Assembly: GCA_043825985.1 (NCBI GenBank)
Contig: JBDRRB010000072.1
Location: 1-44,317 of the forward strand
DNA: 44,317 nucleotides
DNA from: a bacterium
GTDB lineage: Bacteria; Patescibacteriota; Patescibacteriia; SG8-24
Direction of reading: 5' to 3'
In this document: positions 8,484-17,352 of the stretch, piece after piece
Layout: every line of letters starts with the position of its first letter
Position numbering within the stretch: position 1 is the first letter of the stretch
Program-made: the position numbers and the translations under genes
The notes under the pieces: generated by a model
Seen by the model: the letters and a program-made list of their open reading frames with translations, nothing else
Databases searched by the model: none
What the model was told of the DNA's origin: nothing

Positions 8484-8604
8484 GCGGCAGCGAGCGGCGA
8501 GTGCCCGTCGAGGCACGAGCGCGCGAGCGCCCGGCGGAACCGATCCGGAGAGGTTTCGCCTCCGCCCCAGACGAGGAAGAACAGCATTCGGCCGGCCGAC
8601 GAGA

Positions 8605-8682
8605 CCCACCCTCGCTACCATGACAAAGGCCCCCGAGAGGGGGTCTTTGGCTTGGCGGAGACGGGAGGCGGGAATTGGACGG
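8605..8682 (+). repeat. 78-bp direct repeat, copy 2
   Basis: Exact copy of 8406-8483, offset 199 bp. Confidence 0.95.
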
Positions 8683-8703
8683 ATGCTTTTGGGTTGATGG
8701 AAA

Positions 8704-9285
8704 CTAGCCCAAAATTTCTCGCTTCAAATCTTCCATGCCGTTCGGATGCAGCCTGGCCCTTAAGAACCTGGGCACCAATTCGTGATCGCTAAAATCGCCG
8801 TTCACTATCAGTTCGACGAATTCTTCAAAAGAAACGTCTTGAAGGTTGATCTTTTCACCCGCGTCCAAAGTTAAACCGGCCGTCTTCCGGCACCCTCTGG
8901 CCACAAACGTAAAGATGGCCCACTCAATCTTTAAAACTGGCTGCTGAGAATCCCAGAGAGACCAAGTTTCGGATTCGTAACCTGTCTCTTCCATTAGTTC
9001 CCTTTTTGCTGCGGACAATACGTCTTCAGCCTCATCTACCCTACCTCCAGGCAAACAAAATGAAGCTGCCCTTCCGGGCTGCTCCTGCCGAGTAATTATG
9101 ATTCGACCATCTTCAGTTACGGGAATAACCATGACTGTATCGGGACGTTTCAGTCTCTCAAACGTAGCGCTGCTACCGTCATACAGTTTCTGTTCCCACT
9201 GATAGACGTCAAACATCACCCCCTTGAACACGAGCTTGGCATGATCGGGTAACGGCTGTCTGGACCTGGGTCTTTCAATTTTCAT
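8704..9285 (-). CDS. NUDIX hydrolase (NudF/ADP-ribose pyrophosphatase-like), low GC
   Basis: Nudix box PGGRVDEAEDVLSAAKRELMEETG. Start set at ATG 9285 (MKIERP); the 318-aa track ORF runs upstream through a tRNA and is an over-extension. Confidence 0.9.
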   Translation of the reverse strand: MKIERPRSRQPLPDHAKLVFKGVMFDVYQWEQKLYDGSSATFERLKRPDTVMVIPVTEDGRIIITRQEQPGRAASFCLPGGRVDEAEDVLSAAKRELMEETGYESETWSLWDSQQPVLKIEWAIFTFVARGCRKTAGLTLDAGEKINLQDVSFEEFVELIVNGDFSDHELVPRFLRARLHPNGMEDLKREILG

Positions 9286-9368
9286 AAAAGCAGCTGTCCT
9301 TATATTCATGAACAACCTTAAACTTACATAATCATTAATAGAGCCGCAATTCGCCGAAGACCCCACGG

Positions 9369-9474
9369 GCAGCCCTGGACGAGATGAAGTATGTCTCGCT
9401 GGACCGAACTGAACAGGTACGGTGAGCGAACAGTGAGGGAAGCGAGCGCACAATTCGCTCGGCTCAGGGCTTGC
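9369..9474 (+). repeat. Dispersed long-hairpin element, copy D
   Basis: Outer stem agccctg/cagggct and inner ctcgct-GGA...GGA-agcgag. Shares gacgagatgaag, gctggacNgaactg, cagtgagggaagcgag and attcgctcg with 35881-36007. Confidence 0.85.
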
Positions 9475-9480
9475 TCCAGA

Positions 9481-9517
9481 AACAAAAGAGCTCGAGTTGG
9501 ACTCGAGCTCTTTTGTT
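9481..9517. terminator. Perfect 17-bp inverted repeat 3' of tRNA-fMet (terminator-like)
   Basis: aacaaaagagctcgagt-tgg-actcgagctcttttgtt. Confidence 0.7.
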
Positions 9518-9591
9518 GGTTGCGGGGCCGGGATTCGAACCCGGGACCTCGAGGTTATGGGCCTCGCGAGATGCCACTTCTCCACCCCGCG
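9517..9591 (-). tRNA. Initiator tRNA-fMet (CAT)
   Basis: Reverse complement CGCGGGG-TG-GAGA-AGTGGCA-TCTC-G-CGAGG-CCCATAA-CCTCG-AGGTC-CCGGG-TTCGAAT-CCCGG-CCCCGCA-A-CCA. The C1.A72 mismatch and A11-U24 are initiator hallmarks. Confidence 0.94.
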
Positions 9592-9621
9592 TCCAGGACG
9601 AAAATTTCGTTCGCCGGTGGC

Positions 9622-9650
9622 ATCATAGGCCAGACCGGCCGACCTGTCAA
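9622..9650 (-). promoter_or_regulatory. Promoter of tRNA-fMet
   Basis: Minus strand TTGACA (9650-9645), 17-nt spacer, TATGAT (9627-9622). Confidence 0.75.
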
Positions 9651-9668
9651 GAACAGACACCGCTTCGG

Positions 9669-10166
9669 CTAGATGGTCGGCGCACTAATCAGGAAACGAA
9701 GGAAGGACAAGGCTCCGGTAGTAATCAGGGTAACGACGATCGCCGCCATGAGCATGCCCAACAGAATATACGGTCCGGCCTTCCGTAACGACAGGCCGAA
9801 CAGCAACGCGGCCACGGAACCGGTCAGCACTCCGGTCATCGGCAGCGGAACGGCGACGAACAGCGTCAGGGCCAGCAGACCGTATCTCTCGTACCGTCCG
9901 TTGCCCATGACTCTACCGGCGCGCGTCAGCACCCTATTGGTCATTCTGGGCAGAAGGCCCTGTCGGGAACTCATCAGTCCGATCCACCATCCGCCGACGG
10001 CGTAGACGGCGAACAGCAACAGCGAGTTTCCGACGACCGACAGAACCACCGCCTGCAGGACCGACATGTGCAGGACACCGACAGCGAAAGGAATCGACCC
10101 GCGAAGCTCCACGATCGGGGCGGCGGCGATACCGATAACCAGCAGGCTGTCGTGCAGTCCGGACAT
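9669..10166 (-). CDS. Small multi-drug export family membrane protein (COG2426-like)
   Basis: PIVELRGSIP and FVAVPLPMTGVLTG motifs with hydrophobic helices. Confidence 0.8.
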   Translation of the reverse strand: MSGLHDSLLVIGIAAAPIVELRGSIPFAVGVLHMSVLQAVVLSVVGNSLLLFAVYAVGGWWIGLMSSRQGLLPRMTNRVLTRAGRVMGNGRYERYGLLALTLFVAVPLPMTGVLTGSVAALLFGLSLRKAGPYILLGMLMAAIVVTLITTGALSFLRFLISAPTI

Positions 10167-10176
10167 TGAGGATGGA

Positions 10177-11124
10177 TCAGGTGCCTGTCTGCCACTCGAA
10201 GGCGTCGAACGACCAGAATATCATCGCCCCCACGTCGTCGAACCTGGCCTGCTTGCTGGGCGCACCCAGGACGACGGCGATGATCCGGTGGCCATCCTGG
10301 TTCTCCGCCGCCGCCCCAAAGCAGTATCCCGCTTCCTCCAGGTAGCCAGTCTTTCCGCCCAAGAACGAGAGCGGCGGACGCGATACCCAGGTGTTCAGAA
10401 GCTCGTCCGTGCTGCGCAGACGGTGGTGAAGACCGCTGACCGCATCGAACGAATACTCGTCGGTCAGGAGTATCCCCCGCAGGGTGTCGTCCTGCAGCAC
10501 TCTCCTGACCAGGAGGGCGACGTCGCGCGCGCTGGCGACGTTCCCGGTGTTAAGTCCGGTCGGCTCAACGAAGCTGGACTCCGACATGCCGATCCCCTGG
10601 GCCAAGGAGTTCATCCGGCCGACGAACTCCTCCGGAGACAGTCCGGCCGAGCGCGACAGGGTGACCGTCGCCCCGTTGGCCGAGGCGATGAGCGAGGCAT
10701 GCAGAAGGTCCCCGACGCTGATCACCTCACCCGGCAGGACATACTGAATTCCGCCGACGCGCATGTCGGACTGCTCGACCTCGACCGTCCGGTCCAGGGG
10801 CGTGCCGGCATCCATCACCACCAGCGCCGTCATCAGCTTGGTGATCGAGGCGATCGGGTACGGCTGATCGGCGTTCTTGCGCATCAGCGTCTCTCCGGTC
10901 CGCCAGTCCATCACGAAAGCGGCCCTGGAAACGGTCTCGACTCCGAGCCTGGTCGGATCGATCCTGACCGGCACCGGTACCGTCTCCGCTCCGACCGAAC
11001 GGGGCAGGGCCTCGGCTGCCGGCAGGAAATTGTGGAGCTGAAAGCCCAGGTCGGTCGGCGACAATGCGACCTTGGCCTGGGCAGTGGCGACGTAGATGGT
11101 CAGGGCGAGAAGCAGGGTGAACAT
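10177..11124 (-). CDS. D-alanyl-D-alanine carboxypeptidase/endopeptidase (peptidase S11)
   Basis: SxxK (ASITKLM), SxN (SAN) and KTG (GGKTG) motifs, EPTGL, and an N-terminal signal or anchor. Confidence 0.9.
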   Translation of the reverse strand: MFTLLLALTIYVATAQAKVALSPTDLGFQLHNFLPAAEALPRSVGAETVPVPVRIDPTRLGVETVSRAAFVMDWRTGETLMRKNADQPYPIASITKLMTALVVMDAGTPLDRTVEVEQSDMRVGGIQYVLPGEVISVGDLLHASLIASANGATVTLSRSAGLSPEEFVGRMNSLAQGIGMSESSFVEPTGLNTGNVASARDVALLVRRVLQDDTLRGILLTDEYSFDAVSGLHHRLRSTDELLNTWVSRPPLSFLGGKTGYLEEAGYCFGAAAENQDGHRIIAVVLGAPSKQARFDDVGAMIFWSFDAFEWQTGT

Positions 11125-11131
11125 GGGCGGT

Positions 11132-11716
11132 CTATTTCTCGTTTTCCTTTGACGGAACGCCGGCCGATGATGCCGTCAGGGCATTGTCCATCGCCTTGGT
11201 CACGTTCTCTTCGATGTGCAGGCGACCGTAGTCCGGAAGTTCCTCGACCGAGGAAATGCCCAGGAAGCGCAGGAAGTCGACGGTGACCTGAAACCGGGTC
11301 AGCGGATGCCCGACCTCTCCGATCGACTCGACCAGTCCGCGCATCATCAGGTTTCGCAGGATCAGCGAACAGTTGACTCCCCGGACCTGCTCCAGTTCGG
11401 CCTTGGTCAGCGGGCCGCGGTAGGCGACGATGGTCAGCGTCTCGAGCGACGGCTTGGTCATCTCTCCGGTCGTCTCGTCCTTGAGGAAATCGCGCACCAG
11501 GTCCGCCGTCTCCTGGGCCGTAGCCAGCTGCACGCTGTCCCCGTGCCGCAGCAGGCGCAGGCCGGAACCGCCGGACGAATACGATCCGGCCAGCTCCTCG
11601 ACGGCCGCCGCGACCTCGTCCTTCTTGCCGCCGCACAGCTCGGCCAGCTTGGCCAAGGAAAGCGGACGGTTGGCCACGAACAGCAGGCTCTCTATTTTTG
11701 CCCTCAGAATATCCAT
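11132..11716 (-). CDS. scpB: Segregation and condensation protein B
   Basis: IESLLFVA, ETLTIVAYRGPLTKAELEQVRGVN and FLRFLGISSVEELP. Confidence 0.95.
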   Translation of the reverse strand: MDILRAKIESLLFVANRPLSLAKLAELCGGKKDEVAAAVEELAGSYSSGGSGLRLLRHGDSVQLATAQETADLVRDFLKDETTGEMTKPSLETLTIVAYRGPLTKAELEQVRGVNCSLILRNLMMRGLVESIGEVGHPLTRFQVTVDFLRFLGISSVEELPDYGRLHIEENVTKAMDNALTASSAGVPSKENEK

Positions 11717-11730
11717 AGTGGTAGCCGGCT

Positions 11731-12447
11731 TCAGGCCCGCGCGCCGGCGTCGAGACGGGTAATTTTTATGTCGTCAAACCGTTCGGACTGGTCGACCTTC
11801 ACCGACCGTTGCTTGACCAATTCGAGCAGCGCCAGAAAGCTGACGATCACCTCCAGGCGAGAAGACGAGTCCTGAACCAGCGACCGAAAGCTCAGCTGCT
11901 TGGTCCTGGAGAACATCTCCCTGATCTGCCGTATTTTATCATGAATCGAGACGACACGTTCGAGCGCCTGACGTTCCACCCGGACGATCGGCTCCAGGCG
12001 CTTGGCCACAGCCGCGAACATCTCGCGCATCTGCGGCATGGTCAGCCTCTTGGGCGGCGAGAATCCGATCTCGACCGACGGCAGCTTGTCGTGTACGTAC
12101 ATGAATCGACGCCGGCCGACCATCCGCTCGATCACCCGCGAAGCCTCGAGATAGGCCTTGTAGATACGGAGCTGCTCCTCGAGATTGAGCTCGCCGTCGT
12201 CCTGGTCGATGAGCTGCAGGTACGGAAGCAGCAGCTTGGACTTTATCAGCAGCAGCTTGGACGCCACCACCAGGAAATCGGCCAGTTCCTCCGGCGGCAG
12301 GTCAGGATTGTCCTCGATCAGCTTCAGGTAGTCGTCCGTGACCTGGGCCAGCGATATCTCCGATATGTCGAGCTTCTCGGCCTCAATCAGCTGGAGCAGC
12401 AAGTCCAGCGGTCCCTCGTACTGTTCAACCTTGACCGTAAAAGGCAT
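11731..12447 (-). CDS. scpA: Segregation and condensation protein A (kleisin)
   Basis: YEGPLDLLLQLI, FLVVASKLLLIKSKLLLP and VSFLALLELVK. Start set at ATG 12447. Confidence 0.95.
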   Translation of the reverse strand: MPFTVKVEQYEGPLDLLLQLIEAEKLDISEISLAQVTDDYLKLIEDNPDLPPEELADFLVVASKLLLIKSKLLLPYLQLIDQDDGELNLEEQLRIYKAYLEASRVIERMVGRRRFMYVHDKLPSVEIGFSPPKRLTMPQMREMFAAVAKRLEPIVRVERQALERVVSIHDKIRQIREMFSRTKQLSFRSLVQDSSSRLEVIVSFLALLELVKQRSVKVDQSERFDDIKITRLDAGARA

Positions 12448-12466
12448 AGCCGAAACCCGACTGCGG

Positions 12467-13183
12467 TTATTTCTTCTTTCGTACGGCCCCACGAACGGCC
12501 GGCCTCTTCTTGGCTTGGACGGCTTTCTTCGAAGCGGAAGATCTGGTCGAAGCGGCGGAAAGTCTCTTCTTGGACTGAACGGCGGCCTTCTTTTTGGCCT
12601 TAACGGACGGCTTCTTCTGCACCTTCAGGCCGTTCCTGCGGCTAAAGGCGGCCACGGTCGCCTCCTCCAGCTTGATCAGGTCCGTAACGCGCAGGCGAAC
12701 CGACTCGGTGAACGACTCGGCTCCGACCAGCGCTTGCTTTGCCTTCAGGATCCCCCGGTCGACCATCACCCCGAAGTCGCGGAGGGACCCGAACGGCGAC
12801 ACCGCACCGGGCTCCAGGCCGAGCTTCTTGAACACCTTCTCCGGCACCAGCTCGACCTTGGTCGCCTTGAGCGCCTTCTTTACCTTGTCCAGATCGAGGT
12901 TATAGGAAGCCGGCAGGACCACGACGTAATAAGTGCCCCTCTTCTTGAGCGACGGCAGCTCGACCCGGACCAATAGGGTCTTGGCGATCTCGTCGAGCTT
13001 GACTCCGGCGGTCTGCGCCAGGTCGTAGGCCGTATAGACCTTGCGATGCGGCACCAGCTCGAACTTGACGCCGGCCTTCTCCAGATGGCTGACGATCTTC
13101 TTGGAGACCGGCTTGCCTTTCGGCTTATGGGCGGCCTTCCGCTTGGGTTGCCTCGGTTTTGACTTAGGCTTCTTGGTGGGCAT
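12467..13183 (-). CDS. YbaK/ProX-family aminoacyl-tRNA deacylase with basic N- and C-terminal tails
   Basis: Core motifs IAKTLL (conserved Lys), VVVLPAS and GAVSPFG; Lys/Arg/Ala-rich extensions. Confidence 0.85.
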   Translation of the reverse strand: MPTKKPKSKPRQPKRKAAHKPKGKPVSKKIVSHLEKAGVKFELVPHRKVYTAYDLAQTAGVKLDEIAKTLLVRVELPSLKKRGTYYVVVLPASYNLDLDKVKKALKATKVELVPEKVFKKLGLEPGAVSPFGSLRDFGVMVDRGILKAKQALVGAESFTESVRLRVTDLIKLEEATVAAFSRRNGLKVQKKPSVKAKKKAAVQSKKRLSAASTRSSASKKAVQAKKRPAVRGAVRKKK

Positions 13184-13228
13184 AAGCCTTTCGGGTCAGT
13201 CCGCGTTAGCGCGGACGGCGGCCGACGT

Positions 13229-14614
13229 TTAGGCGTCGACCTTAATGTGAACGTCACGAAGCAGGCTGGGGGCGACGTCTGACGGAGCGCCCATCATCGG
13301 ATCGCGCGCGTCGCCGGTCTTGGGGAACGGGATGACTTCCCGGATGTTCGGCTCGTCGGCGAGCAGCATGACCAGCCGGTCGATGCCAGGAGCCATTCCG
13401 CCGTGCGGCGGCGCGCCGTAGCCGAACGCCTCCAGCATGTGGCCGAAACGGGTCCGAATCGTCTCCTCGTCCAGCCCGAGCATCTCGAATATCCGGTTCT
13501 GCAGCTCCGACTTGTGGATGCGGATCGACCCGGAAGAAAGCTCGTAGCCGTTCAGCACCAAGTCATAGGTCCAGGCCCGGACCTTGAGCGGATCGGTGTC
13601 CAGCAGGTGCATGTCCTCCGGATTGGGCATGCAGAACGGATGGTGGGCCGCCTGGACGGTGCCCCCCTCCCCCTTCTCGAACAGCGGAAAGTCGACGATC
13701 CAGCAGAACGCCAGCTCGTTCGGGTCGCTCTTGTCCTGACGAAGGTCGGGCTTGTCCGAGCCGTACTTTTCCAGCGCCTCGAAGTACGGAATGCGCGGAA
13801 ACGGCGTCGCGGACAGCCTCTTCTCCGGACATATCTCCCTGACCAGCTCGATCATCATCCGCTCGTTCAGCTCCAAGACGTCCTCCTGCTCGACGAACGA
13901 CATCTCCAGGTCGAGCTGCGTGAACTCCGGCTGACGATCGCCGCGCTGGTCCTCGTCGCGGAAGCACCGGGCGACCTGAAAATAGCGCTCCAGGCCGGCC
14001 ACCATGAGCAGCTGCTTGAACTGCTGCGGCGACTGCGGCAGGACGTAGAACTTTCCGGAATGGATGCGCGAAGGGACGACGAACTCGCGGGCGCCCTCGG
14101 GGGTTCCCTTGGTCAGCGTCGGGGTCTCGATCTCGACGAACCCCTCCTTCCTCAGGAAGTCACGGAAGAAACCGACGGTCCTGTCCCGCAGCCGGACGTT
14201 CCGCGCCATCCGCTCGGAGCGCAGGTCGAGATAGCGGTACTTCAGGCGCAGCTCCTCATTGACTACGGTGGTATCCTTGTCCAGCTCGAACGGCGGCGTC
14301 TTGGCCTCGTTCAGGATCTCCAGCTCCTCGGCCAGCATCTCCACCGATCCGGTGACCAGGTTCGGGTTGCGCATCTTCTCCGGCCGCTCGTTGACCGTGC
14401 CGGTGATCCGCACGCAGAACTCCGGCCGCAGGTCCATGGCCTTGGCCAGCAGCTCCTGGTTGCTCGGAATGAAGACCACCTGCAGCAGGCCGGTGCTGTC
14501 GCGCAGGTCGATGAAGACTATCTTACCCATGTCCCGACGGGCATGGACCCAGCCGGCGACGTCGACCCTCTGGCCAACCAGTCCCGAAACCTCCCTGACG
14601 TATTTCTTCTTCAT
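13229..14614 (-). CDS. aspS: Aspartate--tRNA ligase, bacterial type without the GAD insertion domain
   Basis: [50 protein letters not shown] and [14 protein letters not shown]. Start set at ATG 14614. Confidence 0.96.
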   Translation of the reverse strand: MKKKYVREVSGLVGQRVDVAGWVHARRDMGKIVFIDLRDSTGLLQVVFIPSNQELLAKAMDLRPEFCVRITGTVNERPEKMRNPNLVTGSVEMLAEELEILNEAKTPPFELDKDTTVVNEELRLKYRYLDLRSERMARNVRLRDRTVGFFRDFLRKEGFVEIETPTLTKGTPEGAREFVVPSRIHSGKFYVLPQSPQQFKQLLMVAGLERYFQVARCFRDEDQRGDRQPEFTQLDLEMSFVEQEDVLELNERMMIELVREICPEKRLSATPFPRIPYFEALEKYGSDKPDLRQDKSDPNELAFCWIVDFPLFEKGEGGTVQAAHHPFCMPNPEDMHLLDTDPLKVRAWTYDLVLNGYELSSGSIRIHKSELQNRIFEMLGLDEETIRTRFGHMLEAFGYGAPPHGGMAPGIDRLVMLLADEPNIREVIPFPKTGDARDPMMGAPSDVAPSLLRDVHIKVDA

Positions 14615-14654
14615 ATGGTTGTTCTTATCTGAAAACCGTCCCGTTATCGGCCTG

Positions 14655-15893
14655 TCATCTCTTGGAGACGACGCCGACGTAGTCGACTCCGTGGAAGTCC
14701 GGATCGGAATAGCTGCCCGACCGCCTGGCCACCGAGACCGACGACCCATCGACGGTCGAAACCAGCTGCAGCTCGCCGTCGCGGTCCACGATCAGCGTCC
14801 GGCTGTCCGGCGACCAGTCGAGGAGCGTCCCCGACACCAGCCGTCTCTCATGCCCTCCCAGGTCAAGCTCGGAGACCCAGACGCTCTGCCCGTTCTCGTC
14901 GCTGACCGTGTAGGCGACCATCGCCCCGTCGGGAGATATCTTCGGATCGCTGAACACGTCGAGCGGCGCGGAACTGAACCACAGCGGATATTCGCCCGAG
15001 GTGAGCTCGACCGACCCGCCGGAATTCAGGTCGAGCAGCATGATGGCCGACAGGTTGTCCGGCCGCACGTCGGCCTCGCTCGACGGACGGGCCTGGACTA
15101 TGCCGACCAGGCGCCCGGAGGCGGGATTGAAGTCGAACTGCGACAGGCCGGCTGCCCTGACTGTCTCGATCTCTGCCAGTGTACCAGCATCCAGGTCCAG
15201 CCGATACAGGCCCAACGGGCGATTCTCGGTCTCGTGAATCGTCGCCCAGTAGACCTGATTGCCCTGCCAGGCCAGCGGACGGACCGGTTCCGGGGCGGAA
15301 AGCGTCCTCAGCGGTCCGGCATCCGCCCCGACTACCACCTGACGCCGGGCACCGTCGTAGTAGGCCACCCGCCCGTGATCCGGCGACGGCAGCCCGCCGT
15401 ACTTAAGGCCCGGACCACCCCAGTCGAAGGCCGAACGGAACTCGTTGCCCGACGCGTCGACCCACATGGCATTGTCGTCCAGCCCGTCATACCGGACGAA
15501 CAGCAGCGTATCGTCCGAAATCGGTTCCATCTGCGGCCAACCATACTGATTGGTGCGGCCGTCCTGGACGATGCGCACCACGCTCTCGCCGCGCGATGCC
15601 GAGCCGTCGAGCGGATAGCGGAAGAACTCGTAGGCCACTATGTCGTCGCCCGGATCGACGCTGTCCCCGCGCGACACGACCCGATACGACCGGTAGACCA
15701 GATAGTGGTGGCCGGGCACGGCGGCCGGACGGACCACCGCATCGCCGACATGCGGCGGATTGATGATATGGGCCACCCGCCAGCCCAAAAGCATGGTCAA
15801 GACGACCAGCGCCACAGTCAGGAGCGGCCAAGCCCGAACGTACGAACGGACGGCGGCGATCTTCTTGTTGGATTTTGTCTTGCGGCTGGGCAT
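14655..15893 (-). CDS. Membrane-anchored extracellular beta-propeller protein (TolB/PD40-like repeats)
   Basis: Basic N-terminus, one TM helix, and repeats [31 protein letters not shown] and [10 protein letters not shown]. Confidence 0.7.
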   Translation of the reverse strand: MPSRKTKSNKKIAAVRSYVRAWPLLTVALVVLTMLLGWRVAHIINPPHVGDAVVRPAAVPGHHYLVYRSYRVVSRGDSVDPGDDIVAYEFFRYPLDGSASRGESVVRIVQDGRTNQYGWPQMEPISDDTLLFVRYDGLDDNAMWVDASGNEFRSAFDWGGPGLKYGGLPSPDHGRVAYYDGARRQVVVGADAGPLRTLSAPEPVRPLAWQGNQVYWATIHETENRPLGLYRLDLDAGTLAEIETVRAAGLSQFDFNPASGRLVGIVQARPSSEADVRPDNLSAIMLLDLNSGGSVELTSGEYPLWFSSAPLDVFSDPKISPDGAMVAYTVSDENGQSVWVSELDLGGHERRLVSGTLLDWSPDSRTLIVDRDGELQLVSTVDGSSVSVARRSGSYSDPDFHGVDYVGVVSKR

Positions 15894-15957
15894 GCGTTTC
15901 TGGATCAGGACTCGCGGCTCCGACGGAACGCGTCGGACCGGACGTTACCGTAGTGAA

Positions 15958-17250
15958 TCAGGGCTGGATCCGGTTAAGCAGACGGGGGAAAGGAATCGTC
16001 TCGCGTACGTGCTCGAGTCCGCACATCCAGGCGACCGTCCGCTCCAGGCCGATGCCGAATCCGGCGTGCGGCACCGAACCGTAGCGGCGCAGGTCCAGGT
16101 ACCAGCCGAAGGCCTCGGCCGGCAGCCCATGTTCGACAATGCGCCTTTCCAGGAGCGACAGGTCGGAGATGCGCTGCGACCCGCCGATGATCTCGCCGTA
16201 GCCTTCGGGCGCCAGCAGGTCGTCGCACAGGGCACGGTCAGGACGTTCCGCGTCCGGCTCCATGTAGAAGGCCTTGATCGCCGACGGATAGTGATGGACG
16301 AACACCGGACGGTCGAACTCCTTGGTCAGCAGCGTCTCGTCGTCGCCGCCGAAGTCGTTGCCGTTCTTCATGTCGGAGCCGAGCCCGCGCAGTCGCTCGA
16401 CCGCCTCGTCGTAGTCGAGACGCACGAATCCGCCCTCGGCGGTCCGCTCCAGGGAATCGGTGTCCCGCTCGAGTTCCTTCAGCTCGCGGCCGCGCTCCTC
16501 GAGTACCCGGCCGGCGACGAACGACACCAGCCGCTCCTGCAGGTCCATGTTCCCCCGCCAGTCCATGAACGATGCCTCGGCCTCGAGCATCCAGAACTCG
16601 GTCAGGTGACGACGGGTCTTGGACTTCTCCGAACGGAACGTCGGACCGAAGCAGTAGCTCCGTCCGAGGGCGGCCGAAGTCGCCTCCTGATAGAGCTGCC
16701 CGGACTGCGACAGGTAGGCCTTGTCGTCGAAGTACTTGACCTCGAACAGGTCGGTCGTGCCCTCGCAGGCGCTCGGCGTGAAGATCGGCGAGTCGGCCAG
16801 GACGAACCCCTCGCGCCGCATGAAGTCGCGCATCGCGAACTCGATGGTGTCGCGCACCCTGAGTATCGACGCCTGACGGCCGGAACGGATCCAGAGGTGT
16901 CGGTAGTTCAGGAGAAAGTCCGGTCCGTGCTCCTTCTTGCCGATCGGAAACTCCTCTGCGACCTGAATCGGCTCGACTTCCTCGACCGACAGCTCGAAGC
17001 CGCTCGGCGCCCGCTCGTCCGCCCGGACCTCTCCCCGGACCGCGACCGACGACTCTATGGTCAGCCGTCCGACCGCCTCCCAAGTCGCGTCGCTGACCTG
17101 GTCGCGGACGACCACGCCCTGAATTCTTCCGGTTCCGTCGCGCAGCTGGAGGAAGGCGATCTTGCCCGAAGACCGGAGATTGTAGCACCACCCCCTTATC
17201 TCCACTTTTTGGCCTGACTTAGCGGAAATTTCCGATATCGTAATATCCAT
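15958..17250 (-). CDS. asnS: Asparagine--tRNA ligase
   Basis: [49 protein letters not shown] and [15 protein letters not shown]. Confidence 0.96.
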   Translation of the reverse strand: MDITISEISAKSGQKVEIRGWCYNLRSSGKIAFLQLRDGTGRIQGVVVRDQVSDATWEAVGRLTIESSVAVRGEVRADERAPSGFELSVEEVEPIQVAEEFPIGKKEHGPDFLLNYRHLWIRSGRQASILRVRDTIEFAMRDFMRREGFVLADSPIFTPSACEGTTDLFEVKYFDDKAYLSQSGQLYQEATSAALGRSYCFGPTFRSEKSKTRRHLTEFWMLEAEASFMDWRGNMDLQERLVSFVAGRVLEERGRELKELERDTDSLERTAEGGFVRLDYDEAVERLRGLGSDMKNGNDFGGDDETLLTKEFDRPVFVHHYPSAIKAFYMEPDAERPDRALCDDLLAPEGYGEIIGGSQRISDLSLLERRIVEHGLPAEAFGWYLDLRRYGSVPHAGFGIGLERTVAWMCGLEHVRETIPFPRLLNRIQP

Positions 17251-17292
17251 ATTTTTGTGCCGAATTACCGGTCAATTGTGCCGAAATAAGCC

Positions 17293-17324
17293 AAAAAAAG
17301 CAACGAGCGGGACCTGACCCGCCC
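17293..17324 (-). terminator. Intrinsic terminator after recO
   Basis: Minus strand gggcggg-tcaggt-cccgctc followed by gttgcttttttt. Confidence 0.6.
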
Positions 17325-17352
17325 ATCTTCGCATTCGATGTTCGATTTGAGG

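Noticed and set aside
8406-8682. Direct repeats as a possible CRISPR array
   Set aside because: There are only two copies, 78 bp long, derived from a tRNA end, with a 121-bp spacer and no cas genes.
8394-8792. ORFs across the tRNA-Met duplication (132 aa and others), showing a repeated peptide
   Set aside because: They are translations of the tRNA and the 78-bp DNA repeat, not credible proteins.
9286-9660. N-terminal extension of the 318-aa NUDIX ORF
   Set aside because: It runs through tRNA-fMet, its promoter and hairpins. NUDIX similarity starts at ATG 9285.
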